This document shows positions 29,664 through 41,349 of a stretch of DNA of 64,000 nt, in pieces (position 1 is the first letter of the stretch; the number at the start of each line of letters is the position of its first letter). Under the pieces are notes generated by a model that worked only from the letters and a program-made list of their open reading frames with translations, had not been told where the DNA came from and ran no database searches. Both the position numbers and the translations under genes were made by a program. Source of the stretch: an uncultured Gammaproteobacteria bacterium (lineage in GTDB: Bacteria > Pseudomonadota > Gammaproteobacteria > JACCXJ01); assembly GCA_963764725.1 (NCBI GenBank), contig CAVXTM010000012.1:64001-128000 (forward strand), read 5' to 3'.

Positions 29664-29890
29664 CTAGCTACGCGCCATGACATTCGGCACTTTTCCGTCC
29701 GAGCGCTCGACACCCCAGGCGAAATCGCAGGAGCCGCGACGGCGATTGCGCAACTGCGCCAGTCGATCACATGATGCGGCAGTGGTACGCGGGCACTGGC
29801 GATCCTTCGATTGGCCCATGATGGTTCGATTGCATCTGTTGCCGAGCAAATATCGGCGGCCCGTTCCTCGGTGTATCGATGGCAAGCCAC
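29664..29890. mobile_element. IS debris: IS481-like 3' tail (-) and IS630-like HTH fragment (+)
   Basis: VPNVMARS* ending in CTAG; SVAEQISAARSSVYRW. Confidence 0.4.
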
Positions 29891-30040
29891 CTATCGAGTG
29901 ACCACGCTCGCGGTCAACGAAGGATATCGAGAAGTGTTGAAAGAGAAGGCCGAGCTTACGGACCGTGTCAAGGCGTCATGGCCATTTTCTCGCTCGCATA
30001 CAGCGCACTGTTTGCACGAACGGTCAGTCCAGCAAAGAAG

Positions 30041-30478
30041 TCAGCTACGCATTGATAGCACTGGCACCTCGGAGGTACGAACCACCCGTTCCGCGACGCT
30101 GCCTATCAAGAGGTGGGCAAGGCCTGTTCTACCGTGGGTCCCGATCACGATGAGATCTGCGCCACGCTTTTTAGCTGCACGGGTGATCTCGACATAGGGT
30201 ATGCCTTCATAAAGCGCGGTGGTGATCTTGACAGAGGGATCGGCCGGCTGCCTTATGAACTCATCGAGCTGCCGTTGCAGTCGATTTGACAGCTCGGTTT
30301 CGAAAGCAGGTATGAGCTCATATCCACCCTCGGCCAGTGTATAGGCTGGTAATTGGAAGACATGGATCACATCCAGCTCGGCACCAAGTTGGCCAGCCAG
30401 GGCAAGCCCGTATTCGAAAGCGCGTTTGGAGGTCTCAGAAAAATCTACGGGACAAAGGATGCGACTAATTGTGATCAT
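30041..30478 (-). CDS. Universal stress protein (UspA family)
   Basis: ILCPVDFS..ADLIVIGTHGRTG..IGSVAERVVR. Confidence 0.95.
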   Translation of the reverse strand: MITISRILCPVDFSETSKRAFEYGLALAGQLGAELDVIHVFQLPAYTLAEGGYELIPAFETELSNRLQRQLDEFIRQPADPSVKITTALYEGIPYVEITRAAKKRGADLIVIGTHGRTGLAHLLIGSVAERVVRTSEVPVLSMRS

Positions 30479-31353
30479 GGCAACTCTCTCCAACGGTTAT
30501 CGGGAGCATGGGGTGCCGCGCTGCGTATATCTGGCGTGGTATATCAGCACCCGCTCACCTCGCGCGCCCATCCAGGATGGCGATGAGCCGCGCAGACAAA
30601 AGCGCCCGTACCTCGCCATAGCGTAGCCAGCGATACTCATCATGCTCCGGGCGGCTGAGTTCCTCACTGACCGGCAATGTGCCTCCTGCTTCGCCGACCG
30701 CAGCGAGATAGTACCGCGCCACCTTACCGGCACCGTAGGACGGCCAGGAGATTCCATGCCTCTAGGCTACACCCGTATCTCAGTGGATGCCTAGCTGCCC
30801 CCCAGACTGCGAATTGAACGGCGTTCGTTATAAACAGTCCGACGAGCGCAGCGAGTCGAATACACACCGTCCGAGGCGACCAAGAAATTCCATCCGCGTA
30901 GGCTACACCGTAATTGCATTGCGCGGCTAGTCTCACCTTCTATGTCCAGAAAAACCGCGACGAATAGTTTTTGCCGATGACAGTCGTCGAGTTGCTTCGA
31001 CCGTGCACCGCGAGATGATCTTCATCAACGATCGGGCGGCATCAACGTCTTGGCCGGCCCAGTTCCCACCTATCGCTGGCGGGTTGTGCGAATTGATGTG
31101 CGGGAAGTCCCACCCTCGCAGTGACATTCTCGATCCACCGCTCCTCGTATTTCGCCGGTCGAACAAGTACGCTCCAGTAGCCAGAATCACCGCGACAGGT
31201 TCTCCGCGCACGGCGATGCGTTGCGGACCTCAACGGCCGCTTTCTTGATTACTTCGTTCAGATGCCCGTAGGCCTCCTGAAGCTGCCACTCGGTCATTTG
31301 TCACTTACCATGAGACAGCTCCGGTAGCATTAGCTGGACGATCGGCTAATTTC

Positions 31354-32470
31354 TCAGGGCTGCTCCGAATCGGCATCGGTCGTTTCGATAGGGTAGTCCA
31401 TCCGTGCACGACGCGGTGCAGGCGTGGCGCGCCGTCTGTAAATGTTATGCGTGAGATCTGAATCACGCAGCGGTGGTGGTGTGGGCTTGAGCACGACTAG
31501 CCCGTTTGCAACCATGGCTAGCAACGTTTGAAAACCGTGTTCCAAGATAATGATGCCTGGATGCCGGTCCACTTCGGGATAAAGATTGCCGAAACAGGTA
31601 AGGCCCAAGGGGTGACCCTTGCGTAACTCGGCATTGATACCGGCAAACCTCTCAGCCAACGCGGCTCCCTGCCGCTGAAAGGCGAAATGAGCGTAAAGTC
31701 TTGAACGCGGAGTGAGTCGATCGGGATGTTCTAATACACAACCCAGGTCGGTAATGCCTTCACCGATCATAAGGATACTTTGCGGCGCAAGCTCATATTG
31801 TTCGTGCACAGCCCGTAGAGGGCCTGGGTGGGGCTTGGAGTCTTTATACGGACGCAGCAGATTTATGAAGGCGCGCTGATCAGTCGTGGCGTTCGGCCAG
31901 TCAAAGTGTCCTTCCAATTCCTGAACAGAGCTTGAGCGACTCCAGATTTCCTGGATTAGATCGGGATTCTCTCCCGCCCTAATCATACGGTTGACCGCGT
32001 GCTCGGGTGCGGTAGCGGTGAAGATGCCAAACGCAGTTCTGGCGGCACGTGCAAGGATAAGAAAGTCTTCGGCCCCAGGGAAAAACCGGAAAGACTCTTC
32101 GCAAGCCGCCAAAAGACCAGGAATGGACGCCAAGAACTGAGCGTTCGCGACCTGGTGCTCGCAGTGCTGGGGCGTTGCTCCGAGCGTACGTCATCGCTAC
32201 CCGACGCAAGCTGTCTTCCGGATTGTGCAACAAAACCTCGACGCCAACTTCCGCTCTGACCACCATGGCCAGCTCGCGGGTCAACCCTGTATAACAGCCA
32301 GCATGGTCCTGTTGCAACTGATCGTGGAACCAGGCCGCCAACAACTCGAATGCTTGGAAGGCGCTGTAGGACGACATTCTGGTACCGTCGAGATCGGCGA
32401 GAATGTAACGAATGACCCAGGGATTAGCCCTCGTGGGGGCTTTCGGATCAGCGAGATATCGATCGGTCAT
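31354..32470 (-). CDS. Divergent HAD-like protein, frameshifted near 32140
   Basis: YILADLDGT (motif I) in the first frame; KPHP and MIGEGITD (motifs III/IV) in the second. Confidence 0.55.
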
Positions 32471-32588
32471 GACGTATCCAAAAGTGTTGTCACGTCAGTC
32501 TACGCCTTTGGGTTATCTAAGGCTTCCTCTCGTACACTCAAAGCCAATAACCCCGTGTCCAGAAGGCGATCGGGGCCAGACGGCGGAC

Positions 32589-32970
32589 ATGAGCGGTTGC
32601 TGCGCCGTGCGATCGCCATGGCCCAGCGGGTTCCAGGGTTCCCGTTCGCTGCGGTGATCGTGCGGCGGGCTACGGGCAACATCATTGCGGAGGCCTATAA
32701 TCGCTGGTCCAAGAGTCCGACGTCATGTCGAGATACGGCGCTGCCCACCGCTCGATTGACTGGATCACGCTGGATCTGTACACCATGGCCGCGCCCTGTG
32801 CGATGTATCAAAGCACGGTCGAACCGGCCGGGATCCGTAATGTCTATTACGGGAGATCAATTCCGTACTTGCGAGCCACTTGGCTGGAAGCAAATAGAGA
32901 GAGCTGTGCGCAGGAGGTGGCTATGGCGCCACTCCACCTCACCGGTCCAGAGGCTCTCGTCTCTCTTTTA
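32589..32970 (+). pseudogene. Nucleoside deaminase (TadA/guanine deaminase-like), decayed
   Basis: RRAIAMA..PFAAVIV; LYTMAAPCAMY (decayed EPCxMC); HAE region deleted. Confidence 0.7.
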
Positions 32971-33051
32971 GAAGCCACAATGTCCGAGGGAGGAGAACTA
33001 GCGCTCCCTGGTGAGCACGAGGAGCACGCGGCCTACTGCCGCGCTCGGTCC

Positions 33052-33558
33052 CTACGGGGAACCGACGAAATCCATCTTCCCAATCTCGACACCCCCGTGG
33101 CGCAAGATGGCGTAAACGGTCGTGATGTGGAAATAGAAGTTAGGTAGCACGAAATGCAAGAGGTAAGGCAGACCCTTGAAGGTTAGCGTTTTGGGGCCCA
33201 AGGTCAGTATGATGTCTTTTTCTTCGGTCCGGTCGATTTGTTCCGGTCTGAAGGCGTTGAGGAAGGCAATGGTCTTCGCTATGCGAGCCTTGAGCTCGGG
33301 AAAGGTAGTCTCCGTGTCGTCATATTTCGGCGGCTCCTGGCCGGCCAGCCGGGCGGCACACCCCTTGGCCATATCGGAAGCTATTTGGACCTGCCGCGCC
33401 AACGGGAACATGTCCGGGTAAAGCCGCATATGCACGAATACGCCCGGGTCAATCTTCTTGGCTTCGGCGTGCGCAACGGCCTTGTCCAAGATCCGATCAC
33501 AGTTCGTGAGCATGCGAATGAAAACCGGGATCGAAGCGTCATACATCGAAATTGTCAT
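33052..33558 (-). CDS. DUF1993 family protein
   Basis: RLYPDMFPLARQVQIA; LPNFYFHITTVYAILRH. Confidence 0.93.
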   Translation of the reverse strand: MTISMYDASIPVFIRMLTNCDRILDKAVAHAEAKKIDPGVFVHMRLYPDMFPLARQVQIASDMAKGCAARLAGQEPPKYDDTETTFPELKARIAKTIAFLNAFRPEQIDRTEEKDIILTLGPKTLTFKGLPYLLHFVLPNFYFHITTVYAILRHGGVEIGKMDFVGSP

Positions 33559-33781
33559 ACCGCGCTCCCCTCAAGTCTTTTAAGTCGTGCCCGGGTAAGT
33601 GTACTCCGAATTGAACTCGGAGATCGCGCACTCCCGTTATACGGAAAAATGTTCCTAGTCGGTGGTCTTAGGATTGGTGTTGTCGTCTCGTTACACTTGG
33701 CATTCGGACATCATGGCGACGCCGTTCCATCACTGCAACTCCCGGTTAATGTCTGCTGTCATACATGCCAAGCCGGTTACG

Positions 33782-34234
33782 CTATTTACGCGATGGGACG
33801 GATTCATCGGGAGCGGTCTTTTCGAAGCGCTTAATCGATGATCGCACTGTTGCTGGGATCGGAGTGCCGGCTTGTTTTTCATAGTCAAACCAGACAGTGA
33901 CGGCGTGGGAGCTGAGTATCAATCCATCGCTCCCTCTCTTGAATATAGCCGCGACCAGCTCTGCACTGCTGGTGCCCAATCGACTGATTCGCGTCGCCAC
34001 TTCTATGGAGCATGGGAACTGTAACTGCTGGTGGAATGTGCATTGGATGTCAGCCAGGATCCAGCCTTGCTTCAAGGCCGGGGTGAATTGCAAACCCAAG
34101 ACCTCATCGCAGTAAGCAACCCGACCACATTCCAGGTAACCGATAAGCGCAACGTTGTTAACATGACCCAAGGCATCCAAATCACCCCATCGTACGGGCA
34201 GTTCGTAGAAGTGTACAAAATCAGTTCTTTGCAT
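33782..34234 (-). CDS. Acyl-CoA thioesterase (4HBT/YbgC family)
   Basis: VRWGDLDALGHVNN. Confidence 0.9.
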   Translation of the reverse strand: MQRTDFVHFYELPVRWGDLDALGHVNNVALIGYLECGRVAYCDEVLGLQFTPALKQGWILADIQCTFHQQLQFPCSIEVATRISRLGTSSAELVAAIFKRGSDGLILSSHAVTVWFDYEKQAGTPIPATVRSSIKRFEKTAPDESVPSRK

Positions 34235-34692
34235 TGGCCAGGTTCAGCAAGAGTGTCGGCACCCGTCGAGTCAGTGTCCTAGGAATAAGGCCAGCCCTCA
34301 TTTCCAGTCTCAGAACACGCACGGGGGCAGGAAGGACGTATACCGCGATTCGTATCACCGCTGCAAGCGCCGCACGTCAGGCGAACGAAATCTGGGGTGG
34401 TGCGCGCCAGTGAGTTTTTTGGGCGTCATGGTTATTGGGATCGAGGTCGTGACGGGTCTATGTAAAATCCGACTCAAACTCTTACCGGTGTCGCGAATAC
34501 TCCGTTACCGTGCACCTATGGGCAAATGTGTGGGGTAGTCGGTGAGGTCACGACACCGTAGGCGTTCAGAATGGTGCCATCGAAACCGCTGTGAACACGA
34601 TATTGATTGTAATAGATTAGGCAATCGGCAAGCTTCTGCCAAAGGTCGCGGCGATTCATAACAGGATTTGGCCGAGGAACTCCCGGAGCTGT

Positions 34693-34902
34693 TTGATCCT
34701 GATCGAAGAGTCTGTTACACGGGATGGTACAGACTACGGCGAACGTGAGGTCTCATTGAGATCTAAGGCCGCACAAGTCAGGCGGAAGTTAGAAGCAGGG
34801 AAGTCCGTGATCCCCTATAACACTGAGGACAGCAGTACTGCGATTGTGATGAAGGAGTTGGTACCCGATGAAGTGAAATCAGATATCTCGGATGACCTAT
34901 AA
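34693..34902 (+). pseudogene. YheU family protein, 5'-truncated
   Basis: LIEE.VTRDGTDYGERE. Confidence 0.7.
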
Positions 34903-34953
34903 TCGCGTTATTGTTTCTCCGATTTGCCAGTACCGCGAGAGAGGCGTGCCAGA

Positions 34954-35175
34954 ATGAACAACTCAAACGAACCGATGAAGGTAGTTGTTGATCTTCAGAT
35001 GCCGTTCTTGTCGATCGTCACGCTAATGGTGAAATGGGCGCTAGCGTCAGTTCCTGCGATTATCATACTCGCAACGATTTTCGGTGTTGTGCCTCGGTTG
35101 GTGGGCGGAGTCATGGAACACGATGATGATGCGTTCGTTTCAGATTGGTGTTTGGTTCGTCGAGTCATTCCATGA
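34954..35175 (+). CDS. Small membrane hypothetical protein
   Basis: VVVDLQMPFLSIVTLMVKWALASVPA. Confidence 0.55.
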   Translation: MNNSNEPMKVVVDLQMPFLSIVTLMVKWALASVPAIIILATIFGVVPRLVGGVMEHDDDAFVSDWCLVRRVIP

Positions 35176-36393
35176 AAACCAGGATTCGAGAGCGACTGAT
35201 TATCGCCGCCATGCTGGCGGTGGCTTTGCCAGCGACGGTGCAGGCCGCAGATGAAGCCAAGCCTGTTCAGCGGTACACATTTTCTTGGCCGCTTTCGAGC
35301 GATCCGGCTTCTGTGCCTCGCGGCGGCACGACGCGGGGACCGGAGGTCGAGCTGGATAGGGAACCTTCGAGCGCTTGGAAAGCATTGCAGGAGGCCAACC
35401 TAACGCCCTTCGAGCGCGACCGCCGCGCCATTTTGGCTATGGCGGGCGGCTACCGTGTGACCTTCGACTTCCTCGAGACCGTGGATTTCAAGCCTACGCC
35501 CACCCGCGACCGTCCCTATCAATCCTGGGGCACCGAGTACGTCTATGTCGGGGAGGAACGCGGGCACTTCATCAGCTTGCAGCATGTGCTGGTCATGCGG
35601 GTCATCGGCAAAGACGGTAAAGTCACCGAGCCGTTTGTCACCAAGCATTGGCGGCAGGACTGGTCGTATCAGGATGACACGCTGATTGAATACCTCGGGC
35701 GGGAAACTTGGCAAAAGCGCAGGATTTCCAGGGGCGATGCCGCCGGATCATGGACGCAGGCGGTGTACCAAGTTCGACGACTCGCCGCGCTACCAGAGTT
35801 TTGGGCGCTGGCAACATGCTGACGGCGTCTCGACGTGGATCGGCGGTCAGACCTGGCGACCCCTGCCGCGACGCGAGTGGAGCGTGCGTAAGGACTACGA
35901 TGTGCTGATCGGCACCAATCGTCACACGATCACGGCCCGCGGCTGGGTACAGGAAGAGAACAATTTGAAAGCGGTGTCCAGGGCGCCAGGCGCGCTGCGT
36001 GCATCGCAGCCTTACCTCGCCCGGGAATATGGAGTCGCCCGCTACGACCGCATCAAGAACTTCGATTTCAGCGCAGGAGACCGATACTTCGAGCGGACGG
36101 GCCCCTTCTGGGACGCGGTGCGCAAAGCCTGGGAGCAGCGGTTCGCCGCCGCCGGGCGTATCACCCTGAAAGCGCCGGTCGACCAGGCAAATCTCTTCGA
36201 GCCGCTATTCCAGCAGGCCCAAAGGCTGGCAAACGGCGAACAGATCGATTTCGCCGAACAAGCGGCCTTCATCGACAAGACACTCGACTCCATGATCCGG
36301 CCGGATCCCTTGGGGGCCGCCAATGGCGCAGCCGATCACGCGGCGAACCGATACGCCGAAGCGATAGGAAAATTGGAAAATGTGGCTGATTAG
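35172..36393 (+). CDS. Secreted DUF6607-like protein, +1 frameshift near 35773
   Basis: DRRAILAMAG.YRVTFDFLET, KHWRQDW, then DDSPRY and WRPLPRRE in the second frame. Confidence 0.75.
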
Positions 36394-36491
36394 AAACCGA
36401 GTGCGGCCCATTCGTTTGGAGTTAGTTCGGAGCCGCGCATGGCCTTCCTGCGTCCGCTAAGCAGCGCCAAATAACAAGATGCCTTCAGCAC

Positions 36492-36690
36492 ATGGGCAAT
36501 ATTCTGATCGGCACAACCTCTGGACCGGCAAGACGCTGGTCGATTCTGGCCTGTTCTACCCAGGGACCGCCAACACAGAAGCGAGGCTGCGCTACTACGC
36601 CAGCCGATTTCCCATTGGAAGGTGGATAGTTCCAATTACGGCATGCCCTCGGAGTATAACTCGAGGTTATGGGTCGAGCGCAGGGCCTTT
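36492..36690 (+). pseudogene. DUF72 family 5' fragment
   Basis: FYP..EARLRYYASRFP..VDSSNYGMPS..LWVER. Confidence 0.7.
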
Positions 36691-36789
36691 CGACGCGATC
36701 CTTTTTGCCCGACTCTCCAGCCTCCGCAGCGCTTGACGCGGCGCCCGTGCGGCTGCCAGGATCGCGCCCCGAGGCTGGATGCGATCAAG

Positions 36790-36960
36790 GGGTACAACGG
36801 CTATCGCGTCCATGAGGGCATCGAGGGTGTCGCGCCAGAGGAGCGAGGCAGCAGTAGCAGACGGCCATCACTGCCATTGAACGCGTTTTGTTGGATGTCG
36901 CATTATCATGGTCTATTCAAAACACCTGTGGCGGCCTAGACTTGGATTTCGCCTAATACG
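36790..36960 (+). mobile_element. Integrase-type transposase 3' remnant
   Basis: YNGYRVHEGIEG..P..HYHGLFKTPVAA*. Confidence 0.6.
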
Positions 36961-37078
36961 TGTACCGGGGTCGGTTGCTCAATGCAATCAACATGGCGAC
37001 TGTGCTTCTCCAAGTAGCAAGTCCCATCGCCTTTTCCGTTTCTTTAAGAATAAATAAACTCCGGCGGAGGAAGAGACC

Positions 37079-37504
37079 ATGCATGTGACGTTTGATGACG
37101 CGCAGCAAGCCATTGCAGCAGCCCTTCGAAAGGCAGAACGACTCGGCACCCAGATGTGTATCGCAGTGGTGGACTCCGGGGCGAGTTTGAAAGCCTTCGC
37201 TCGGATGAACGATGCCTGGGTCGATATTGCTATCAAGAAGGCGAAGACTGCCTGTTTCTTCGGTATGCCTACCGGTCAGATCGGCAGGCTGTCCCAGCCA
37301 GGCGGATCGCTGTTTGGGATTGAGCATTCCAATGAGGGACTAATTACCTTCCCCGGAGGGCTTCCTATCGTGAACAAGGAAGGCGTTCTCATTGGGGCGA
37401 TTGGGGTCAGCGGCAGTTCAGTCGAAAACGATCATCTGGTCGCGAAGGCGGGCGTTGAGGTCATTGGCCTTTCCGACCTGCCAGCGCATCCGTGGCGGAC
37501 CTAA
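37079..37504 (+). CDS. GlcG/HbpS heme-binding protein
   Basis: [26 protein letters not shown]. Confidence 0.92.
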   Translation: MHVTFDDAQQAIAAALRKAERLGTQMCIAVVDSGASLKAFARMNDAWVDIAIKKAKTACFFGMPTGQIGRLSQPGGSLFGIEHSNEGLITFPGGLPIVNKEGVLIGAIGVSGSSVENDHLVAKAGVEVIGLSDLPAHPWRT

Positions 37505-37530
37505 GCACAACGTCAGAAGGAGGAATCCTC

Positions 37531-37995
37531 ATGTCCAAAGAACACTTTGATAAAGCAGCGGTGGTGGCGAAGTTGAATCAGATCCTGGAGATGGAGCTGG
37601 CAGGGGTGGTCAGGTACACCCACTATTCGTTGATGGTCTTCGGTTATGGTCGCATTCCCATCGTCTCCTGGCTTCGCAATGAAGCCGACGAAGCCCTGAT
37701 GCACGCCCAAGAAGCGGGTGAGATGATCACCCAGCTCGGTACACATCCCTCCCTGGGCATCGGTCCTTTATTGGAGACGCATAAACATGACATCGGCGAT
37801 ATCTTGCAGGAGTCGCTCCAACATGAAATGGCCTCCCTGCGGCTGTATTACGAGCTGCTGGATCTCGTACGCGATCGCTCGGTGTTCCTGGAAGAATACG
37901 CCAGACGTCTTATTGCTGCGGAAGAACTGCACGTGGGAGAGGTTGACAAGATGTCACGAAAACCTGGAGAGGTGGCAGCGTTCGTTGCGGATTGA
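37531..37995 (+). CDS. Bacterioferritin-like protein
   Basis: Ferroxidase ligands in ELAGV, EALMH, EMAS and EELH; SD AGGAGG. Confidence 0.88.
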   Translation: MSKEHFDKAAVVAKLNQILEMELAGVVRYTHYSLMVFGYGRIPIVSWLRNEADEALMHAQEAGEMITQLGTHPSLGIGPLLETHKHDIGDILQESLQHEMASLRLYYELLDLVRDRSVFLEEYARRLIAAEELHVGEVDKMSRKPGEVAAFVAD

Positions 37996-37999
37996 TGTT

Positions 38000-38140
38000 A
38001 GAGACGCGTGGAATACTCGGTGTCCCGATCCAGGATGAGATTCCGCTTGTCGAGTAGGAACCCGTCCACAACGTCAGTGAGATTATGGGCCACTTGTATC
38101 ATAAAAAGCTCGTTTGGGTACTGCTGGGTTTGTGAGTTGT
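38000..38140 (-). mobile_element. Integrase-core fragment
   Basis: QVAHNLTDVVDGFL..LILDRDTEYS. Confidence 0.6.
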
Positions 38141-38740
38141 CAAACAGGCTCGTCCTCGGTCTGTCATTGGGGAGTTTCGGACCGTCAGCCATCGCCGCCA
38201 TTCGAACCCGCCTTCGTCTTTGTTCGCCATCCACGCGCCCGCAGATATGTGATTCGTGTGGCCGACGATGGAACGGTCCGGGTGACCATTCCGCGGTGGG
38301 GCTCGAAGCGCGAGGCTGCGGCATTCGCGGACCGGGAGCGGGTCTGGATAGAGAAGCAGAAGCAACGGCGTGGGGAGCAGCGCCTGCGTCCGAAACCCAC
38401 GACGATATCGCCGGAAGTCGAGCGCGAACTCCGAGACCGCGCGAAGCGCGAGCTGCCCGCCCGCCTTCTGGAACTCGCCGCCCTGCACGGCCTTACGGTC
38501 ACTCGGATAAGCGTTCGCAACCAACGCTGGCGGTGGGGCTCGTGCTCGCGGAAGGGCCGTATCTGCCTGAACTGGCGCCTTGTGCAGATGCCAGATTCAG
38601 TCCGCGACTATGTGATGATCCACGAGCTGATGCATCTGAAGTGTATGGACCACTCGCCGAAGTTCTGGAAGCTTGTCGCGGGGGCTTGTCCGGACTTCAA
38701 ATCGGCTCGCGCATGGCTGCGGGCAATCCGGAATCTTTGA
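38114..38740 (+). CDS. YgjP/DUF45 (M48-type) metal-dependent hydrolase; start uncertain
   Basis: QRWRWGSCS, LNWRL, YVMIHELMHL, HSPKFW. Confidence 0.88.
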   Translation: MGTAGFVSCQTGSSSVCHWGVSDRQPSPPFEPAFVFVRHPRARRYVIRVADDGTVRVTIPRWGSKREAAAFADRERVWIEKQKQRRGEQRLRPKPTTISPEVERELRDRAKRELPARLLELAALHGLTVTRISVRNQRWRWGSCSRKGRICLNWRLVQMPDSVRDYVMIHELMHLKCMDHSPKFWKLVAGACPDFKSARAWLRAIRNL

Positions 38741-38819
38741 GATCACAGATAAACCGTCACATATAGCTTAGCGACGCCATTTCGGTGTAGGGTGATAGAG
38801 AGTCCTCAACACGCTAACG

Positions 38820-39578
38820 TCATTTCATGATGTCTCCTCTAGTCCGCACGTGGGTGGGGAGTCCCGCGTATCGTCGGGGAACTCCGTAAGCTCGGGATCC
38901 ATGTGGCGAAATCCACCGTGGAGAAGTACCGCCTCAAACATTCCAGCCACCCTCCCCTACCTGGAGATCGTTCCTAGCCAATCATCTCGCTGACTTGGTC
39001 GCCATCGACTTCTTCGTGGTCCCGACGATGGATTTCAAGATTTTGTACGTGCTCGCGGCACATCGTCGTCGCCAAGTGATCTACTTCAATGTCACGGAGA
39101 GTCCGACTGCCCAATGGGTCGCACAACAAATGGTTGAGGCCTTTCCTTGGGAGACGGCACCCCGCTACTTGCTTCGCGACCGTGATGCGATCTATGGCGA
39201 GTGCTTTCGCCGACGCGTCCACAGTCTCCTCATCAAAGAAGTGATCACAGCACCCCGGAGCCCGTGGCAAAATCCGTATGTGGAGAGGATCATCGGTAGT
39301 ATCCGGCGCGATTGCCTGGACCACGTGATGGTTCTCAACGAGCGCCACCTGAAACGGATCATCACAAGCTATTTCGAGTATTACCATCAGTGGAGAACTC
39401 ACCTCGGTCTAGAGATGGACACACCGCACAGACGAGATGTTCAAACTCCTGCTCAAGGCAAGGTCATCGAAGTTCCGGATCTCGGTGGTCTACATCATCA
39501 TTATCTAAGACTTGCAGCGTGAGATCGGACACGTAGATCGATGCCAAACTCGCGCGTATGAGTTTTCGGGAACCACAA
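38820..39578 (+). mobile_element. Integrase-core (rve) transposase, 5'-truncated and frameshifted, with right end
   Basis: AIDFF, LRDRDAIYG, SPWQNPYVER.IGSIRRDCLD, GGLHHHYLRLAA*. Confidence 0.85.
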
Positions 39579-39763
39579 TGTCCCAATACTCCTGAAAGTG
39601 GTAGCGAAAACCCATTCGATTTCGTGATGTATTACTTGCGCTAAAAGTTCATAATCTGAAGTCGCAGGAGCGTTGAAAGCGCCGACAGTTAGAGTAGATA
39701 AAGAGGACGCGAAAGTAGCAAGAAGCGCTTTTCAACAATCGCTGAAAATTCATAGGAGGAGTT

Positions 39764-40462
39764 ATGGAAACTACAAAAAACGCAAAAGTCGAACCGGTCG
39801 ACATGAAGCTCGAAGTCGTGGTGCTCGGCGTTTCCGACGTCGACCGCGCGAAGGCGTTTTACGAGAATCTCGGCTGGCGGCTCGACATCGACATCGCGGC
39901 GGGCGACTTCCGCGGCGTGCAGATGACGCCGCACAACTCGGAAGCCTCGATCATCTTCGGCAAGGGAATCACGTCGGCCAAGCCCGGCTCGGCGGACAGC
40001 CTGGTCCTCGCCGTCGACGACATCGACGCCGCCCGCGACGACTTGATCGCCCGCGGCGTCGACGTGAGCGAGGTCTTCCACTACGCCGGCGGCCCCTTCA
40101 ACAACGCCGTGGAGAACCCGCGCGTCGGCGGGCGCGACCCGCAAGGTCGTTCCTACTTCTCGTTTGCCTCGTTCGAGGATCCGGACGGGAACGGCTGGCT
40201 GCTCCAGGAGATCCGGACGCGGCTTCCCGGCCGCGAGTGGAAGTCGACGCGGGCGCTGGCCACGGACGTCACGACCCTTGCAGAGCTCCTCCGCGAGACG
40301 GCGGAGCACCACGACCGCTACGAGAAGACGCACGCCGAGCACCACTGGTCGGACTGGTACGCGCCCTACCTGAGCGCGCGTCAGAACGGCAGCAGTCCGG
40401 AGGAGGCGGCAGCCGCCGCCGACCGCCACATGGAGGTGTTTCTTCAGGTTCTTCCCCAATGA
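39764..40462 (+). CDS. VOC/glyoxalase family protein with C-terminal extension
   Basis: VSDVDRAKAFY, FEDPDGNGWLLQE. Confidence 0.92.
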   Translation: METTKNAKVEPVDMKLEVVVLGVSDVDRAKAFYENLGWRLDIDIAAGDFRGVQMTPHNSEASIIFGKGITSAKPGSADSLVLAVDDIDAARDDLIARGVDVSEVFHYAGGPFNNAVENPRVGGRDPQGRSYFSFASFEDPDGNGWLLQEIRTRLPGREWKSTRALATDVTTLAELLRETAEHHDRYEKTHAEHHWSDWYAPYLSARQNGSSPEEAAAAADRHMEVFLQVLPQ

Positions 40463-40551
40463 CCGCCGGGGAAGACCATGACCACCGCAACCACACTCTC
40501 TGACCCTTCGCGAACCCCGGCTCCTCGGCGGCCCGGCGTCGCTTCGGGTAA

Positions 40552-41349
40552 ATGAACGATCAGACGGTGATGGGACCGCTTGCGGAGTTGCCCGGCTGGT
40601 TGCAAGCGGCCGGCTGGGGAGCCCTGTCTGCATCCGGCCTGCTGATCGGGGCCGTGGGCGGCTACTACACGTCGCTTCAGCACACCACCATCGCCCGCGC
40701 GATGACGTTCGCAGCCGGCGTACTTCTGGCTGTGGTGGCGGTGGACCTGGTGATCAACGCGCGTGGCGCGGCAAGCCTGCACTGGACGGTCACGGGTCTG
40801 CTATGCGGCGCGGCGGTGTTCAGTTCCGTCAACTGGCTACTCTCCCGCCGCGGGGCACAGCATCGAAAACGCTGCGGCGAATGCGTGGAGCAGCCGGAAG
40901 AAGAGCGGCAGCCCGGGAGCGGGCTGGCCATCGCGGCCGGCACGTTCCTCGACGGCGTTCCCGAGGGGGTGGTGCTGGGGTTGAGCGTGCTGCACCACGG
41001 CGCGCCCGGCCTGGGGACGGTCGCGGCGTTCTTCCTGGCGAACGTCCCGGAAGCCCTATCGAGCAGCGCCGGAATGCGGCGGGCGGGACGGTCCGCGCGC
41101 TACGTGTTTGGCGTGTGGATTGGAATCGCCTTGATGATCAGCCTCGCAGCGGCGGTTGCCGGGCTTGTGCTCCGAGGCACCGGGCCGGCGGTCCGGGGGA
41201 CGGTCGAGGCGTTCGCAGCGGGCGCGATCCTGGCGCTGGTCTCGGAAACGATGATCCCGGAGGCGTTCCACGGCTCGCCGCAGTTCAACGGCCTGCTGCT
41301 GGTCGTCGGTTTTGTGGCCTTACTGATCCTGCTGGCACTCAGCCACTGA
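40552..41349 (+). CDS. ZIP/ZupT-like metal transporter
   Basis: FAAGVLL, LDGVPE, LANVPEALS, ETMIPEA. Confidence 0.88.
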   Translation: MNDQTVMGPLAELPGWLQAAGWGALSASGLLIGAVGGYYTSLQHTTIARAMTFAAGVLLAVVAVDLVINARGAASLHWTVTGLLCGAAVFSSVNWLLSRRGAQHRKRCGECVEQPEEERQPGSGLAIAAGTFLDGVPEGVVLGLSVLHHGAPGLGTVAAFFLANVPEALSSSAGMRRAGRSARYVFGVWIGIALMISLAAAVAGLVLRGTGPAVRGTVEAFAAGAILALVSETMIPEAFHGSPQFNGLLLVVGFVALLILLALSH

